A program made the position numbers and the translations under genes. DNA of 64,000 bases from Eledone cirrhosa. Lineage: Eukaryota. The notes beneath the pieces were generated by a model, which saw only the letters and a program-made list of their open reading frames with translations, had not been told where the DNA came from and did not search any database. The stretch lies in NCBI GenBank assembly GCA_964016885.1, contig OZ024741.1, positions 328,228,001-328,292,000 of the forward strand. The letters are read 5' to 3'. Of this stretch, positions 1-14,309 are shown one piece after another; within the stretch, counting starts at the first letter, position 1; every line of letters starts with the position of its first letter.

Positions 1-339
1 GTATGTGCTTACGTTATATGTAAGTTATATGAATGAACTTTCAAACACTGCTGACTAAAAGATTACCACGAACTTATTGCATGCATAAAGCATGTGATGT
101 AGCTGTTCATTCTTAGAATGTAATTGTGACGGGAATTTCCGTAGAGACTCGTAACAAGGAGTTAAATATTTGTAAAATACACATTTTGCTTACAATTAGA
201 AAAGGAAGGGATCATTCATCAAATTCTTTTACTTTAGAATTTGATACACCAAGCCGTAAAATGTATGTTCGGAGATATTTCAGGAGACAGTGCGCTCTGC
301 GTTGAATAAAATTAATACGGGTGGTTTTTCTGAAGCAAT

Positions 340-740
340 TATATTTGTTCGTTGTTATACAGTTACGATGCAGCGAATCGGCAGAGCCGTGAGAACGACG
401 GGTAGAATGCATTATGGTATTCGTTTCGGCTCTCGGCTCTGCGTTCAAATTCGGTCGAGGTCAACTTTGCCTTTCATCCTTTCGAGGTGGATTAAAAGTA
501 CCAGTCTCGTACTGGTTTGGATTCTTCCTCTATATCACTATCTCATTTCCTCTCTCTCACTTTCTATCTTTTTCATTTCTTCTCTCTTACTTTCTATCTT
601 TCTCTGGAAGAAATCTGCTGTACTCCGGTCGGGAGAGGGATGGGCTCCGCCAGTCTTAAAATGACCAAGAAACGCCGTACGTCAATACCGCACTTCTACG
701 ACTCTACCGGTAGTTACGGGACCATGCTGAGACGGTGAGT
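340..740 (+). mobile_element. Degenerate tRNA-derived SINE with extended 3' region; homologous copy at ~3905-4215
   Basis: B-box-like GTTCAAATTC and GCCTTTCATCCTTTCGAGGTGGATTAAAAGTACCAG core; downstream CCGCCA...AAGAAA(C/T)GCCGTA(C/T)GTCAATA block shared with 4130-4210. Confidence 0.6.
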
Positions 741-744
741 TTCA

Positions 745-1280
745 TTGTGGTTAAGGATGTATGACTTGCGATCGTAAGGATGTGAGTTCGATTCCAAGAG
801 TTCGTACAATCTAATCAGATAACAAAATTTAGTTGTACCTGTTATTCAAAAGACCAGTCTTATACCGCAGTGTATCAGTATGGAATCATCATGAAGCAAT
901 TGTCTATAAAATTCTGAACTACTTGTACTTTAATTTCATGTACAGGCTGTCCCAGTGGGTCAAACAGCTGGAACACACGCGCAGCCACTGTAGATCTTAT
1001 GGCGCATAACTTCGTAGTTCTGGGTGATCGTCTTAAGGGCGTGGAGTGGATTCCCGGCAGCGTGTTGTGTGTCTGAATAGGAAACTTTATTTCCCGTTGT
1101 TACACTTCACGCATTTGACAAATGTGAGTTGTACCTGTAATTCAAAGGGCCAGGATTTTACAGAAACTGTGTAACGTTGAATCACAACGAGAACTATGTT
1201 AAGTGGGTTCATGTGTTTGTGAAATAGTCAACGGACACTTCCACGTTAATTTCACGAGCAGGCTGTTCCGCTGTATGAAA
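745..1280 (+). mobile_element. Two adjacent decayed copies of a second SINE family; related minus-strand copy at ~60310-60430
   Basis: tRNA-like head GTGGTTAAGG...GAGTTCGATTCC; repeated GTTGTACCTGT(T/A)ATTCAAA and TTAATTTCA...CAGGCTGT blocks. Confidence 0.5.
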
Positions 1281-1454
1281 TGCTGACACACTCCTAGTCC
1301 TAACTGAAGGTGGACCAATAACAATAACATAATTCTATTAAAGCAAACGTATTGGCTCGTTGTGATAGAATCATTGTTAAGTTGCCTTGACAAGTCGCAG
1401 CATATTTCTCCTGACATAACTGATTTTATAACAGTCGGACATTATTTTCTTCTC

Positions 1455-1640
1455 TGACTGAATTGGCCGTATCGGTAGAGGGTTGGGCGCATTGTTTTCT
1501 AGCATAGTTACGTCCCTTTAGAGTCTGAGTTCAAATCCCGCCGAGGTTAACTTTGCCTTTCATCCTTATGGGTCGATAAAATAAAGTACCAGTAATGTAC
1601 TGTTATTGCTGGCCTTGTGCCTAAAGTTGAAACAATTATT
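1455..1640 (+). mobile_element. tRNA-derived SINE (main family) with TSD
   Basis: GAGTTCAAATCCCGCCGAGGTTAACTTTGCCTTTCATCC...GTCGATAAAATAAAGTACCAG; direct repeat ATTATTTTCTTCTCTGACTG at 1441-1460 and 1635-1654. Confidence 0.85.
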
Positions 1641-1948
1641 TTCTTCTCTGACTGGTTTGCCAGATTCTTATAGATCATATCCAATAATCTCTCAAGGGTA
1701 ATGCTTATTATAATATGGTTGTTGTTGCTTATTATTTTTTTTTATTTCTCGTTGAAGATACATAAAGCTAGTTCAGTACAATCTAATGCTGAAATGGCTT
1801 ATTGTCAGATAAGAAGTAACCGTAGTTTTTTTTCGATTGGATGACAATAATAAAACACGCATTCTCACACAGAAACATGCACATAAGCAGTCACACATGA
1901 TCAATAGATATCGCAGATGTATACAAATACGCGCGCGCACACATACAG

Positions 1949-2013
<65 letters not shown>

Positions 2014-2251
2014 TACACACATACATGCATATATATATATGTGTGTGTGTGTGTGTGTATGCGTGTATACATATGCGATATATATATATATATATACATT
2101 CAAGGCTGATTAAATACTCACAAGCTTCCCACTTGTTCAAGTTTTCCGTTCATTCCCTTTCTTACTCTCGTGTATCTTTCTCCTCATTCTTCTGTCTTCC
2201 ATTCTGTTTTCTAATGAAGGACGAACGTATGAAATGTTAAGGCATATATAT

Positions 2252-2291
<40 letters not shown>

Positions 2292-2305
2292 TTAATATAG
2301 AAGAG

Positions 2306-2352
2306 CTTCTACAGGACTAGAACTGTTTCATTCGTGAGAAATCATCAGGAAA
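2306..2352 (-). ncRNA. Type-I hammerhead ribozyme motif at the end of a PLE-like non-coding repeat (~2290-2790)
   Basis: Minus strand TTC-CTGATGA-tTTCtcacGAAt-GAAA-CAGttctagtcCTG-TA-GAA: canonical core, all three stems pair, GUA triplet. Confidence 0.8.
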
Positions 2353-2785
2353 CTGGCTGTGCAAGTAAGTGGTATTATTTATATCTTTTATTTTCTGGTG
2401 GTAGGAGAGGGTGCGGATTGGGATGGGTGGAGGTCATTGGTTGAAGGATTTAAAGAAAAGGGAGTTCATTAAAAGCTAATTCTTTAGAGTTATAATATTA
2501 ACAAAGGCAGAAAGAATACTGTAAACAAATTCAAATTTGGAATACCAATCCTTGTTTATCACTTAGACTAACAATGCCTGTAAGACAGGTGTCTACAGGA
2601 TGGGTAGGGGTCAATGGTTTAAAGAAAGGGTAAATTATTTAGAAGCTAATTCTTTAAAGCTGAAATAAGAGTGACAAAGGCAGAAAGGGTTCCAAAAACA
2701 GATTCAAGTGTTGGGGTGATTCCCCTTATCGTGAAGTTTCTCTTAATATATATTCCAGGTGTCGACAAGCATTCACACACGCGCC

Positions 2786-2836
<51 letters not shown>

Positions 2837-2837
<1 letters not shown>

Positions 2838-2905
2838 AGAAGATCCCGTTAAGGGTGAAAGCAGCGATTCTTTGCTTAAACTTTAATCTGTTATTTTAAT
2901 AAATA
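2837..2905 (+). repeat. Truncated copy of the CAGAAGA-core hammerhead pLTR family; further fragments at 3626-3815, 14228-14295, 14965-15098(-), 25893-25995(-), 46634-46716(-)
   Basis: CAGAAGATCCCGTTAAGGGTGAAAGCAGCGATTCTTTGCTTAAACTTTAATCTGTTATTTTAATAAAT recurs near-identically, next to (TA)n. Confidence 0.85.
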
Positions 2906-2952
2906 TATATATATATATTTATATATATATATATATTTATATATATATAACT

Positions 2953-3106
2953 AAAGTTAAATAACAAGTCAAATGTTTAAAATTTAGCTTCGTTTATTAC
3001 TGCGACGTTTATTTCAGTGACAGCCAAAGATGGCTGTCACTGAAATATATATAGCAGTAATAAACTAAGCTAAATTTTAAACATTTGACTTTTTATCTAA
3101 CTTTAT
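2953..3106. repeat. Imperfect palindrome (~75-bp arms), PLE pLTR-like
   Basis: TTTCAGTGACAGCCA/TGGCTGTCACTGAAA centre; each arm reads GAAA-6nt-TA/TC-GCAGT-AATAAA outward. Confidence 0.75.
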
Positions 3107-3206
3107 TTATATTACTCTGGAGTAACCAAACCAACGTGCGCACTTCGTCGAGTGCTCCAGCCTGCATATTGAGGTATTAGTATACAACCAGCATATACTA
3201 AAACAA

Positions 3207-3247
<41 letters not shown>

Positions 3248-3311
3248 ACGTCAAAATGGAAAATAATTAACGTAAGATATGGGAAAATAATTCAAACTCA
3301 ATTGAAAAAAA

Positions 3312-3400
<89 letters not shown>

Positions 3401-3834
3401 GTGAGGTTTTTATTGGGTTTTTTTACAAAATGAAAAATAACTTAAGTGTCCTACACCTGTGAAAGTATAAGGAAAAAAGATGAAATCGAAAATGCAACTG
3501 GAGTCTTTTATTTTTTAAATATATATATTTATTTGGTTCCTTTACCGCTTTCGCAGTTCTTCTGCTTTTCAAAAGTAGAGTTGAGATGGAAGGTCTGTGG
3601 TTTTTCTTACAATATATATATATATTAAAATAACAGATTAAAATAACAGATTGAAGTTTCATAAGATCTCGTTAAGGGGTAAAGCAACGATTCTCTGCTT
3701 AAACTTTAATCTGTTATTTTAATAAATATTTGCTCTATGGTTCTTATATATTTGATATATATTTATCCTTATCGAGCCCTCTTTGGATTTTACTCTTCAA
3801 AGTTATTATTATTACTATATATATATATATATAT

Positions 3835-3905
<71 letters not shown>

Positions 3906-6761
3906 ATTAGTAGCCGGGGAATCGGTCGAGTTGTTCTATTCGTTCCGGCTCTCTGCTCTGTCAATTCAAATCCCACCGAGGTCATCTTTGCTTTTCATAT
4001 TTTTGAGGTCGATAGAAATAGGACCATTCTAGTACTGTGGTTGATACTTCCTCTATGTTTCTTTTTCAGTTCCTCTCTCTCATTTTCTATCGTTCTGTGG
4101 ACGAAACGAAATTTACTGGAGAATGATGGAATCCGCCACGTTTTAAATGCCTAAGAAATGCCGTATGTCAATATGTCCATACGACACGATCAAGTTTTCC
4201 GAGACCATACTAAACCATACCAATTAATTAGACGATTATTTCAGTCAGTAGTCTCCTAACATAATATCGAAATGTTTCGTCTGAGTAACAAGGAATGCAC
4301 TGGTTCGATCAACCTACCTTCTAGTAAATGTATTCACAGCACTTTACGTGTATTCGATATGGATTGATTTATCGATATGTGATAGGCATGTTTAAGAACA
4401 TTTGCTAAAATTCTATCGGTTCAAATGAATAAGCGTTATGCCATTAAATACAATAATGTTAAAACAACACTTTGTTGAACTTTCAATCCAATTTCATTTC
4501 AAAGACAACTATATATTTGCTTTTCTTTGACAGATTCCCTTCTTTGGAAACACTCTTGCTATAGGTCACAGTTCTAATCAGCATACTTGTATTGCAACTC
4601 TTATACGTAAATACGGAGAAAGCTATTGGAGCTGTCCTTTGTTGATCAAACAAATATAACTTAATACTATTCCTTTTAAAATTCTCTTTGATTCTTTCGC
4701 ACGGTGAAAAATTGTTCAGATTCGTTAGAATATCAGATTAAATGTTTTACAGTATCCGTTCAAGCTCTCCGTATTTTTCTTTCAAATCTTAGTGAGATAA
4801 ACTTTGACCTTCGTCGTTTTGAAGTCAATAAATAAGGTACAAGCCCAGTACTATGGGCAATTACTCCATGTCGTTTTTCACGTCTCTCTAGCTTTCTATT
4901 TCTCTCTGTCATTCTCTGAAATAAATCAACTGTGCGTAGAGCTGGAAAGAAATGTCCTCTGTCGTATTGTAAATGCCCAAGACATGCTGTATGTAACGAC
5001 GGCACCTCTATACTCTATCAGATATTAAGAACTCAGTTATAGATTGACGGATGTAACTTGCAATTTCAGGTATGTTGGATACAATGTATTAGTTTTTAAT
5101 CCAACTATTTTTTTCAAATGTATATTAGAATAATATTGATGAGATATCTCCTCACACTATTATGGCTCAATTATACAAAGGAAATAATTTAACGAAGAAA
5201 TGAAAACTCTGATGACATTGTTCCTTTCATTGATGATCCTATCAGCAGGTTGAATTTCCTGAACTCAGAATACATAGGGCTGCATCAGATATTGCAATGT
5301 CTTGCACAAAGGAAAGAAACAAGCTGATCATAAAAAAGGACATCCTTACGATCGCAAGTGTCTCCATTTATCTTCCCATAGCTGAGCCCATCCGCTGGTT
5401 GAATTCTATAGCAGAAGGAGATGGAATTTCAACTCAGAACACATAGAGCCGTACCACTGCCCATCAATTAGATCTCTATTTATCGAGCCCGAAAGTAGAA
5501 AAAGCTAATGTTGAAAATAGTAGGATTCGAACTCCGAAAGCAAAAATATATTGCTAATGAAAGACAGCCTATGTATGATTTTCAAATATATTTGAAAATA
5601 ATCAATAAAATGGACTTATTTAATAATGTAGATAAAGTTTGTTCTTGATTCCCAGCCTTAATCGTATTGTTACTGTTATGATTCTCATCCTAACCCTGAT
5701 AGTATTGTTACGAATGCTGCTATGGAACCAAGAAGTCCACTTCCGGCTTTCCCTAACTTCCATGCCATCACAGTACCCGTTATATTACAGGCCATGCGAT
5801 TCTCAACGAGATCATTAAGTATAGCTTAGACGTCATTGGTGTCTTTCACAGCTCGAGCTGTTGGAGTTGGATCGAGGCCAGACGACGTCACCATCTTCCC
5901 GTTCCGGTGTTACGATCTGTATCTAGAATGTGACATATAGTTTCACTTTCTCCAGTTTTAACCTGGTGTATTCGACGATAGATCCTAGTTTCGTCGGCCA
6001 GCAAGTTGACGATCATAGGTATTTCAAACTTCTTACCACTTTTCGATAGGTTTGAGGTTGGTCCTGTAAAGGTGCATTTAGCCATCCGCCTCAATAAGCC
6101 CCATGAGATTGAATAGCTGTTTCAACACATCACACTGCCCTCCGAGCTAACGCTTTCTATATTCTGTCTGTTTAAACCAGGAGTTTTGCACGCCAGAGAT
6201 TTGGTTCACCTGTCATTAGTATAATGATGGTATGGGTTGCCGATATAACAGAGCATGATAAGCTGAAGCCAAATAAAAATAAAATAGATATTGGAACATT
6301 TTTCAAACTAATTTTCTCTTTATGTAGGTGATGCTTGGAATACAACTTAACATAAAATTAAGATAGAAGAGTTTTAGTAAATACTTTTAGTAAACAGCTA
6401 CGTATCGTATGATATAACCAGGGGCAGTTTCAGGGAGTTCAGTGTCCCGCAATCAAATGATTCTGCCAATACACCTGATATAAATATATAGAAATTCTAA
6501 GCACGATTCTAGATAGCCGTTGGCTAGAAAGAAAACTAGCTATTTCTAATATTAGGAATATAGAAATACATTCAGGTGAAGCTTAAGGAAGGGGAATGGA
6601 AAGGCAAAAGAAAACATAATAATAATAAGAAGAATAATATTAGCAATAATAATATAAAGATTGGGGCTGGGAATAAGAAGAGAAAACAAGATTAAAAGAC
6701 GCGTATCAACATTACGTGGCATTGAGAAGAAAGCGCTTCTAAAGGTATTGATATTAGGAAG

Positions 6762-7261
<500 letters not shown>

Positions 7262-7325
7262 TATGTATACGTACATACATATATGTATACAGACGTACAG
7301 TAGTATGTATATATCTATATACATG

Positions 7326-7371
<46 letters not shown>

Positions 7372-7408
7372 GGTATGGGTTTACCGAACATTATTATAAT
7401 GTTCGGTT

Positions 7409-7600
7409 GGGGGCGGTGAATTAGCCGTATCGGTAGAGGATTGGACGCCATGCTTTCCCAGCATACTTACGTCCCTTTACGGTCTGAGTTCAAATCCCGC
7501 CGAGGTTAACTTTGCCTTGCATCCTTACGGGGTCGATAAAATAAAGTACCAGTAATGTACTGGTTATTGCTGGCCTTGTGCCTAAAGTAGAATCAATTAT
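7409..7600 (+). mobile_element. SINE inserted into the 433-bp unit
   Basis: Full SINE consensus; TSD ATTATTATAATGTTCGGTT at 7390-7408 and 7596-7614. Confidence 0.9.
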
Positions 7601-7696
7601 TATAATGTTCGGTTTGTTTGTAAACAAACAGCCCGAATTAAGCCGTCCAATGTTCGGGAAACATCGTTGCCCTTTTGTTCAACACTGCCAAAGGAA

Positions 7697-7735
7697 CGAT
7701 GAACTAGTTTCAAGCTTATTATCTATCGTCAGCAA
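7697..7735 (-). ncRNA. Minimal hammerhead motif (433-bp unit copy), stems partly decayed
   Basis: TG-CTGACGA-tagataataagctt-GAAA-CTAG-TT-CATCG. Confidence 0.65.
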
Positions 7736-8127
7736 AGTTTACCTTCCTGTCAGATGATTGAACGTTTGAAAGTATATACTTTCCTTATGCATATTAACGG
7801 CTGAGCAGCCTAATTTGCATATCGAGTGAGTTAGTTGGCCGGGCGGACCGTAAACGATAAATGGAAAAGAATGCAACGAAATTTTATTTCTCACTCTTAG
7901 TACGGCTGATACTTAAATATAAGTATGTATACGTACATACATATATACCTACAGACGTACAGCAGTATGTATATATATAAATACGTGCACACATATATAT
8001 ATATGTGCGTATGGGTTTACCGAACATTTATTATAATGTTCGGTTTGTTTGTAAACAAACAGCCCGAATTAAGCCGTAGTGTTCGGCAACCATCGTTTTC
8101 CTTTTGGTATACAGGAAGCTATATGAT

Positions 8128-8167
8128 GATGCTGACGATAGCTTAATAAGCTAGAAACTAGTTCATC
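8128..8167 (+). ncRNA. Minimal type-I hammerhead with palindromic stem III
   Basis: GATG-CTGACGA-TAGCTTAATAAGCTA-GAAA-CTAG-TT-CATC; next tandem copy at 8561-8601 has GAAA>TAAA. Confidence 0.85.
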
Positions 8168-8867
8168 GTTCCTTTGTCAGTGTTGAACAAAAGGGCAACG
8201 ATGGTTGCCGAACACTGTACGGCTTAATTCGGGTTGTTTGTTCACAAACAAACCGAACAATATAATAAATGTTCGGTAAACCCATACGTACATATATATA
8301 TATATGTGTGCATGAATGTATATATATACATACTACTGTATATCTGTATACATATATGTATGTACGTATACATACTTATATTTAAGTATCAGCCGTACTA
8401 AGAGTGAGAAATGAAATTTCGTTTCATTCTTTTGCATTTATCGTTTTCGGTACGCCCGTCCGACTAACTCACTCGATGTGAAAATTAGGCTGCTCAGCCG
8501 TTAATATGCATAAGGAAAGTATATACTTTCAAACGTTCAATCATCTGACAGGAAGGTATACGATGCTGACGATGGCTAATAAGCTTTAAACTAGTTCATC
8601 GTTCCTTTGTCAGTGTTGAACAAAAGGGAAACGATGGTAGCCGAACACTGTACAACTTAATTCGGGCTGTTTGTTTACAAACAAAGGAACCGAACATTAT
8701 AATAAATGTTCGGTAAACCCATACGTACATATATATATATGTGTGCATGTATGTATATATATACATACTACTGCACGTCTGTATAATATATGTATGTACG
8801 TATACATACTTATATTTAAGTATCAGCCGTACTAAGGATGAGAAATGAAATTTCCTTTTATTCTTTT

Positions 8868-8956
<89 letters not shown>

Positions 8957-9416
8957 AAGTAGAGAAACGTTGTGTCGGACACTAAGGAAGAAAGGGGAAA
9001 ACGAGGAAAAACGTTGAAGTGATTATATATAATGCGTTATTTTACACGAGAGATAATATGTAAATTATAAATAAAATAACAATGTAACACGATGAGGGAA
9101 AATAAACAGAGAAAATATATGGAAGTGAGAATTTATAAGAAGTCAATCCAAGCTGACGCTTATATGTTTATGTAGGATGTGAAAATACAAGCTATTTCTT
9201 TTTTCTATTTTCATGGTTTCAACTATGGCCAGGCTGGGGCACTGCTATAAATAGGATTTGTTTCAGTCGATCATTTATTTATGCATATTGTATCTAATTT
9301 TCGAGGAAGCGAATAAACGGGACAATTTATACAGATATATACACACACGTAAACACGGTTATGGACACAACCTCACCATTCCCAAAACACGCAATCACAC
9401 ATACACACACACACCC

Positions 9417-9503
<87 letters not shown>

Positions 9504-9588
9504 CTATGTGTATATACATATATACCTGTCTGTATGTATGTGTGTTTGTGTGTTTGTGTATAAATCATCGTCATTATCACCCTTATCA

Positions 9589-9780
9589 GGGCGGTGGACT
9601 GGCAGAATTGGTAGAGAGTCGGACGCCATGCTTTCCAGCATAGTTACGTCCCTTTACGATCTGAGTTCAAATCCCGCCGAGGTTAACTTTGCCTTTCATC
9701 CTTACTAGGTCGATAAAATAAGGTACCAGTAACATACTGGGTTATTACTGGCCTTGTGTGGAAAGTAGCAACAATTATCA
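9589..9780 (+). mobile_element. SINE with TSD ATTATCACCCTTATCA
   Basis: Full consensus; direct repeat on both sides. Confidence 0.9.
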
Positions 9781-9963
9781 CCCTTATCATCAACATAACC
9801 ATTTTCAGCAACATTTTTGTAATTATCCACAGCATCACCACGATCATCAGTATCATCGGCAGCAGCATCTTCATCTTCGATACTAACATCAAAATAATCA
9901 GGTTTGCCATCGCCATTGTTATTAGCAACAACACCACCATTACTAACACCATTATTATAATCT

Positions 9964-10060
9964 AAGCGGTGGGTTGGCAGTATCGGTAGAGGGTCGGACG
10001 ACATGCTTTGCAGCATGTAGTTACAACCCTTTATGATCTGAGTTCAAATTCCGCCAAGAC
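9964..10060 (+). mobile_element. 3'-truncated SINE in a (CAT/CAA)-rich low-complexity tract
   Basis: GCGGTGGGTTGGCAGTATCGGTAGAG...GAGTTCAAATTCCGCC. Confidence 0.75.
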
Positions 10061-10361
10061 CACTATCATCATTACCACCATGATGATCATCATAATCTTC
10101 ATCATCATCACTGCAAGGAACTCTACTATCACCAGAGCCATAGACATTACAACCATGGACTCATCCACAATAAACATCATCAAAACCAACGACAATAAAC
10201 ATTAACACCAACACCATCAGTACGACAACCATTAACACGATCACCGATAAAAGCAACGGAATTATCATAATCAAAACCCTCATTATGGTCATCACAATTA
10301 ACAACATCATCATTATCATGACGATTGTGGCCAATAAATGAAATCATTATCATTATTGTCA

Positions 10362-10745
10362 AGGGCAGTGGATTGGCAGTATCGGTAGCGGATCGAACGC
10401 CATGCTTTGACTCATAGAGTTACGACCCTTGCCATTCTGAGTTCAAATCCCGCCAAGCTTAACTTTGCCTTTCATCCTTACGGGGTCGATAAAATAAAGT
10501 ACCAGTAATGTACTGGGTAATTGCTGGCCTTGTGCCAAAAGTAGAAACAATTATAAGGGCGGTGGATTGGCAGTATCGGTAGAGGGTCGGACGCCATGCT
10601 TTCCAGCAGAGTTACGTCCCTTTACGATCTGAGTTCAAATCCAGCCGAGGTTGACTTTGCCTTTCATCTTTACGGGGTCGATAAAATAAAGTACCAGTAA
10701 TGCACTGGGTAATTGCTGGCCTTGTGCCTAAAGTAGAAACAATTA
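10362..10745 (+). mobile_element. Head-to-tail SINE dimer flanked by one TSD pair
   Basis: Two full consensus copies (10362-10553, 10556-10745); ATTATCATTATTGTCA on both outer sides. Confidence 0.9.
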
Positions 10746-11003
10746 TCATTATTGTCATCATCGTCAACAGCACCATCATGCAAATACATGATGTTAATTT
10801 TCAACTGTTATTTGTTGCTATAAATCTATGAGATATTATATTGCATCGATTGCAAAGTTTAGTTGAGTTCTCAAATGTGCGGAGCCTCGTGGCAAACCGA
10901 AAAAACAATTTCAAATAATTCGATAAAAAGTAATAACGTTTAGATAAACAAAACAACGAAAATAATTATAATATCAATTTATAGTTATAGGCATATATAT
11001 CTG

Positions 11004-11097
<94 letters not shown>

Positions 11098-11345
11098 TAT
11101 ATACAATATATATATTATATGTGTATATATGTGTGTGTGTATGATGTATATACATATGTGTATATATATATATATAACGAAAAGCAATGAAATAATAAGG
11201 AAAACAAATGCTATGCACTCTACTTCGATTGTATATTCTCATCAATGGTGCATCGATTTCTGAAAGATGATTATAACTCCTGCCCGGGCGAAGCAGAACA
11301 CTCATGAATGTATATATGTACACACACACACACGCACATACATAT

Positions 11346-11403
<58 letters not shown>

Positions 11404-11462
11404 AAAAATATATATGAATGCATATTATAAATATATATATTAATATATATGTATGTATATAT

Positions 11463-11515
<53 letters not shown>

Positions 11516-11695
11516 AAACAAATCTAACACATGAAACGTTTAATAACAGACCAGCTGACAATTTAGGCGAATCTCAGGCAATTAAACGATAACGTGGGAC
11601 ATAAAACATCTTCACACAGAAATATAATTACCTACAAACATACCATTCTGCCATGCCAGCAGTCACATAATATATCGTGAATCTTATATGTATAT

Positions 11696-11730
<35 letters not shown>

Positions 11731-11758
11731 GTATAAACATATATATATATATATATAA

Positions 11759-11884
<126 letters not shown>

Positions 11885-12569
11885 TGGCGAACTGGGTGTA
11901 CAAGTGTTGGTTGCCAGCAGATGAAGGGGGCCCACCTAAATATAGAATGCTATCATTTAATCTTAACTATAATAAAGGAAGGTCTGCGGGATTGCGTCCA
12001 GAATATATATTTTTACCCCGTTTGTAAAATAACTTGGATTACTTTGAATAAATAATTAATTAAATTTCGTGGCTGTTGATTAAATATATTTTATAGCTTA
12101 ATCTTTAAAAGTCACTTCTTTAATATTATTAAATGTCAACACTTCCGGTTAGCGGCCATTATATAATCTTATAATCGCATATATTTCAGTCGCTAATTTT
12201 CTCCCAATGCAGTTTATATATAATATCGTCTTTTTTTTAATATATCATGTATTACAGATTACAGAAGACAGTGTAACATAGGCTTTGTTCAATTCATGTG
12301 TATATTGTCAATTACGATTTTATTTGATGTATCAGATTTACGAGTGTATAATATCAATATACACACTACACACGCTAGGAGAAAACCACCCGAGGGTGGT
12401 TTTCCTGCTAGTTTTTATAATGAATAAATAACATTTTGGAAAAATACACATGTGGAAACAAAACAGTGGAATCAAATTTTGCAGAAAAATATCTTGCCTT
12501 CTTCAATAAAAAAAATATTATGTATTTTACCAAATCCAGAGACTTTCATTAATCACCAGAAGTCCACGC

Positions 12570-12945
12570 TAAATATTAGTAATAGCACTAGGAAAGCCAT
12601 GAACACACCATATCTTTTTAACTTTGATTTTAAAAGTAGGGTCATAATTATCAATTTTCAATATACATTTGTAGTGGTCTCGGTGGCCTAGTTGGAGGAA
12701 TCATAGACGGTGGTGATCCTGGTTTGTAGTTCGATCCTGGTCAGTAGTGTTTCCAGTAAAGCTTTTCCAGTTTTTTTCTATTATAAATAAAAACTGAAAA
12801 AGGTTACTTGTACCTCTTGACCAGGATGGAAGCCAAGGTCAGGATCTCCACTGTCTCTAGTACCTACCGCTAGGCCACAAAGACAACTACGAAGATCTTA
12901 GGAAAATTCATAATTATAAACCTACTTTCAAAATGTTCAAACCAA
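12570..12945. repeat. Imperfect inverted repeat containing tRNA-like heads; direct homolog at 13505-13650
   Basis: GTAGTGGTCTCGGTGGCCTAG...GTTCGATCCTGGTCA vs reverse TGACCAGGATGGAA...CTAGGCCACAAAGACAACTAC. Confidence 0.55.
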
Positions 12946-13133
12946 AGTGTTGTGGTTTCGTTGATGTCTTTTTTAATGTTATTGCTCCTACTTAAGGTCG
13001 ATTTCTAAATCATTTGGGTATAGTATAAACTACTTCCTCGTTTTGTTTCACATCTATCTAGACTATATTTTAACCTGTAATCCATGTTTCATTTCTGTTG
13101 CACCTCATTTCTCCTCTCTCTCTCTCTCTCTCG

Positions 13134-13225
<92 letters not shown>

Positions 13226-13349
13226 TTCTTCCTCTCTGTGGTATTTAAATCTACTATGGGTTGGGATTATTTATTCATATATATATATATGTGTGTGTGT
13301 GTATATATATATGTTTTTCCATGTCAGATTCAAACTTGCAAGGATTGGC

Positions 13350-13400
<51 letters not shown>

Positions 13401-13627
13401 GTTGTATTTTTTTGCTAAAATAATCAAATTAAATTAATTCAACAGGTAAACACACAGGAATAATATGGTTGTTACCAAAGGACCACAAGATTGACAAGTT
13501 GACCCTAAATATTATTAATAGCTCTAGGAAAGCCATGAACGACACCACATCTTTTTAACTTTGATTGTGAAAGTATGTTCATAATTATCAATTTTCATTA
13601 TACTTTTGTAGCTGTCTCGCTGACCTA

Positions 13628-13717
13628 GTTGGATGAATCATAGACGGTTGGATGAATCATAGACGGTTGGATGAATCATAGACGGTTGGATGAATCATAG
13701 ACGGTTGGATGAATCAT
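13628..13717 (+). repeat. 19-bp minisatellite GTTGGATGAATCATAGACG x ~4.7
   Basis: Direct reading; amplified from inside the 13505 repeat. Confidence 0.9.
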
Positions 13718-14309
13718 ATTCTGTAAATATTTACAGAATATTTCCTTTGCCTCCAAAAAGCAATTTTGTTCTGTGAAGAAACACAACTACCAACACTACT
13801 GCTTCTATCATGACTACACACTTCTCTCTCTATATATATACACAAGAAATCATTCTCCAATCCACTTCTGAGCTAGGAAGATGGGAAAAAACTTACTCCA
13901 ACAATTTAAATCTTTAATTTTTCGTTTTTAATTCCTATTAATTCTTTTTAATTGTAATACTCAACATTTGAGAAGACAAATGTTAATAATACATCAAAAC
14001 CGGTAATTCTTTATATACTTTATATACATTATAACACTTTTTTTAAAGAATTGTCCCTCTCATTTTTTCAACAATTTTATATTTTCAATAATGTCACTTT
14101 GACGAATGTAAGAAAGGAAAAAAAAGAAACACAGACCCTAAAATATATTTACGGTGCTATTTCAAGCTTCACCTTTTCTCTCCCCCCTCTCTCTCCCTCT
14201 CTCGATATATATATAGTAATAATAATTGAAGATCCCGTTAAGGGTGAAAGCAGCGATTTTTTGCTTAAACTTTAATCTGTTATTTTAATAAATATATATA
14301 TATATAGAG

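Noticed and set aside
5209-5245. CTGATGA resembling a hammerhead core; also 22904-22910(-) and 57635
   Set aside because: No correctly placed GAAA, stems or UH
5640-6094. More complex, coding-looking stretch with a 68-aa minus ORF
   Set aside because: No recognisable motif or splice support; possibly an old TE remnant
7409-7500. tRNA-like A/B boxes
   Set aside because: SINE heads with TSDs and no full cloverleaf; not tRNA genes
9683-10362. Asp/Asn- or Met-rich ORFs
   Set aside because: Degenerate (CAT/CAA)n trinucleotide tract
13628-13717. Short regular repeats suggesting a CRISPR array; also 60180-60312 and 55985-56265
   Set aside because: Contiguous tandem units without unique spacers, eukaryotic context, no cas genes
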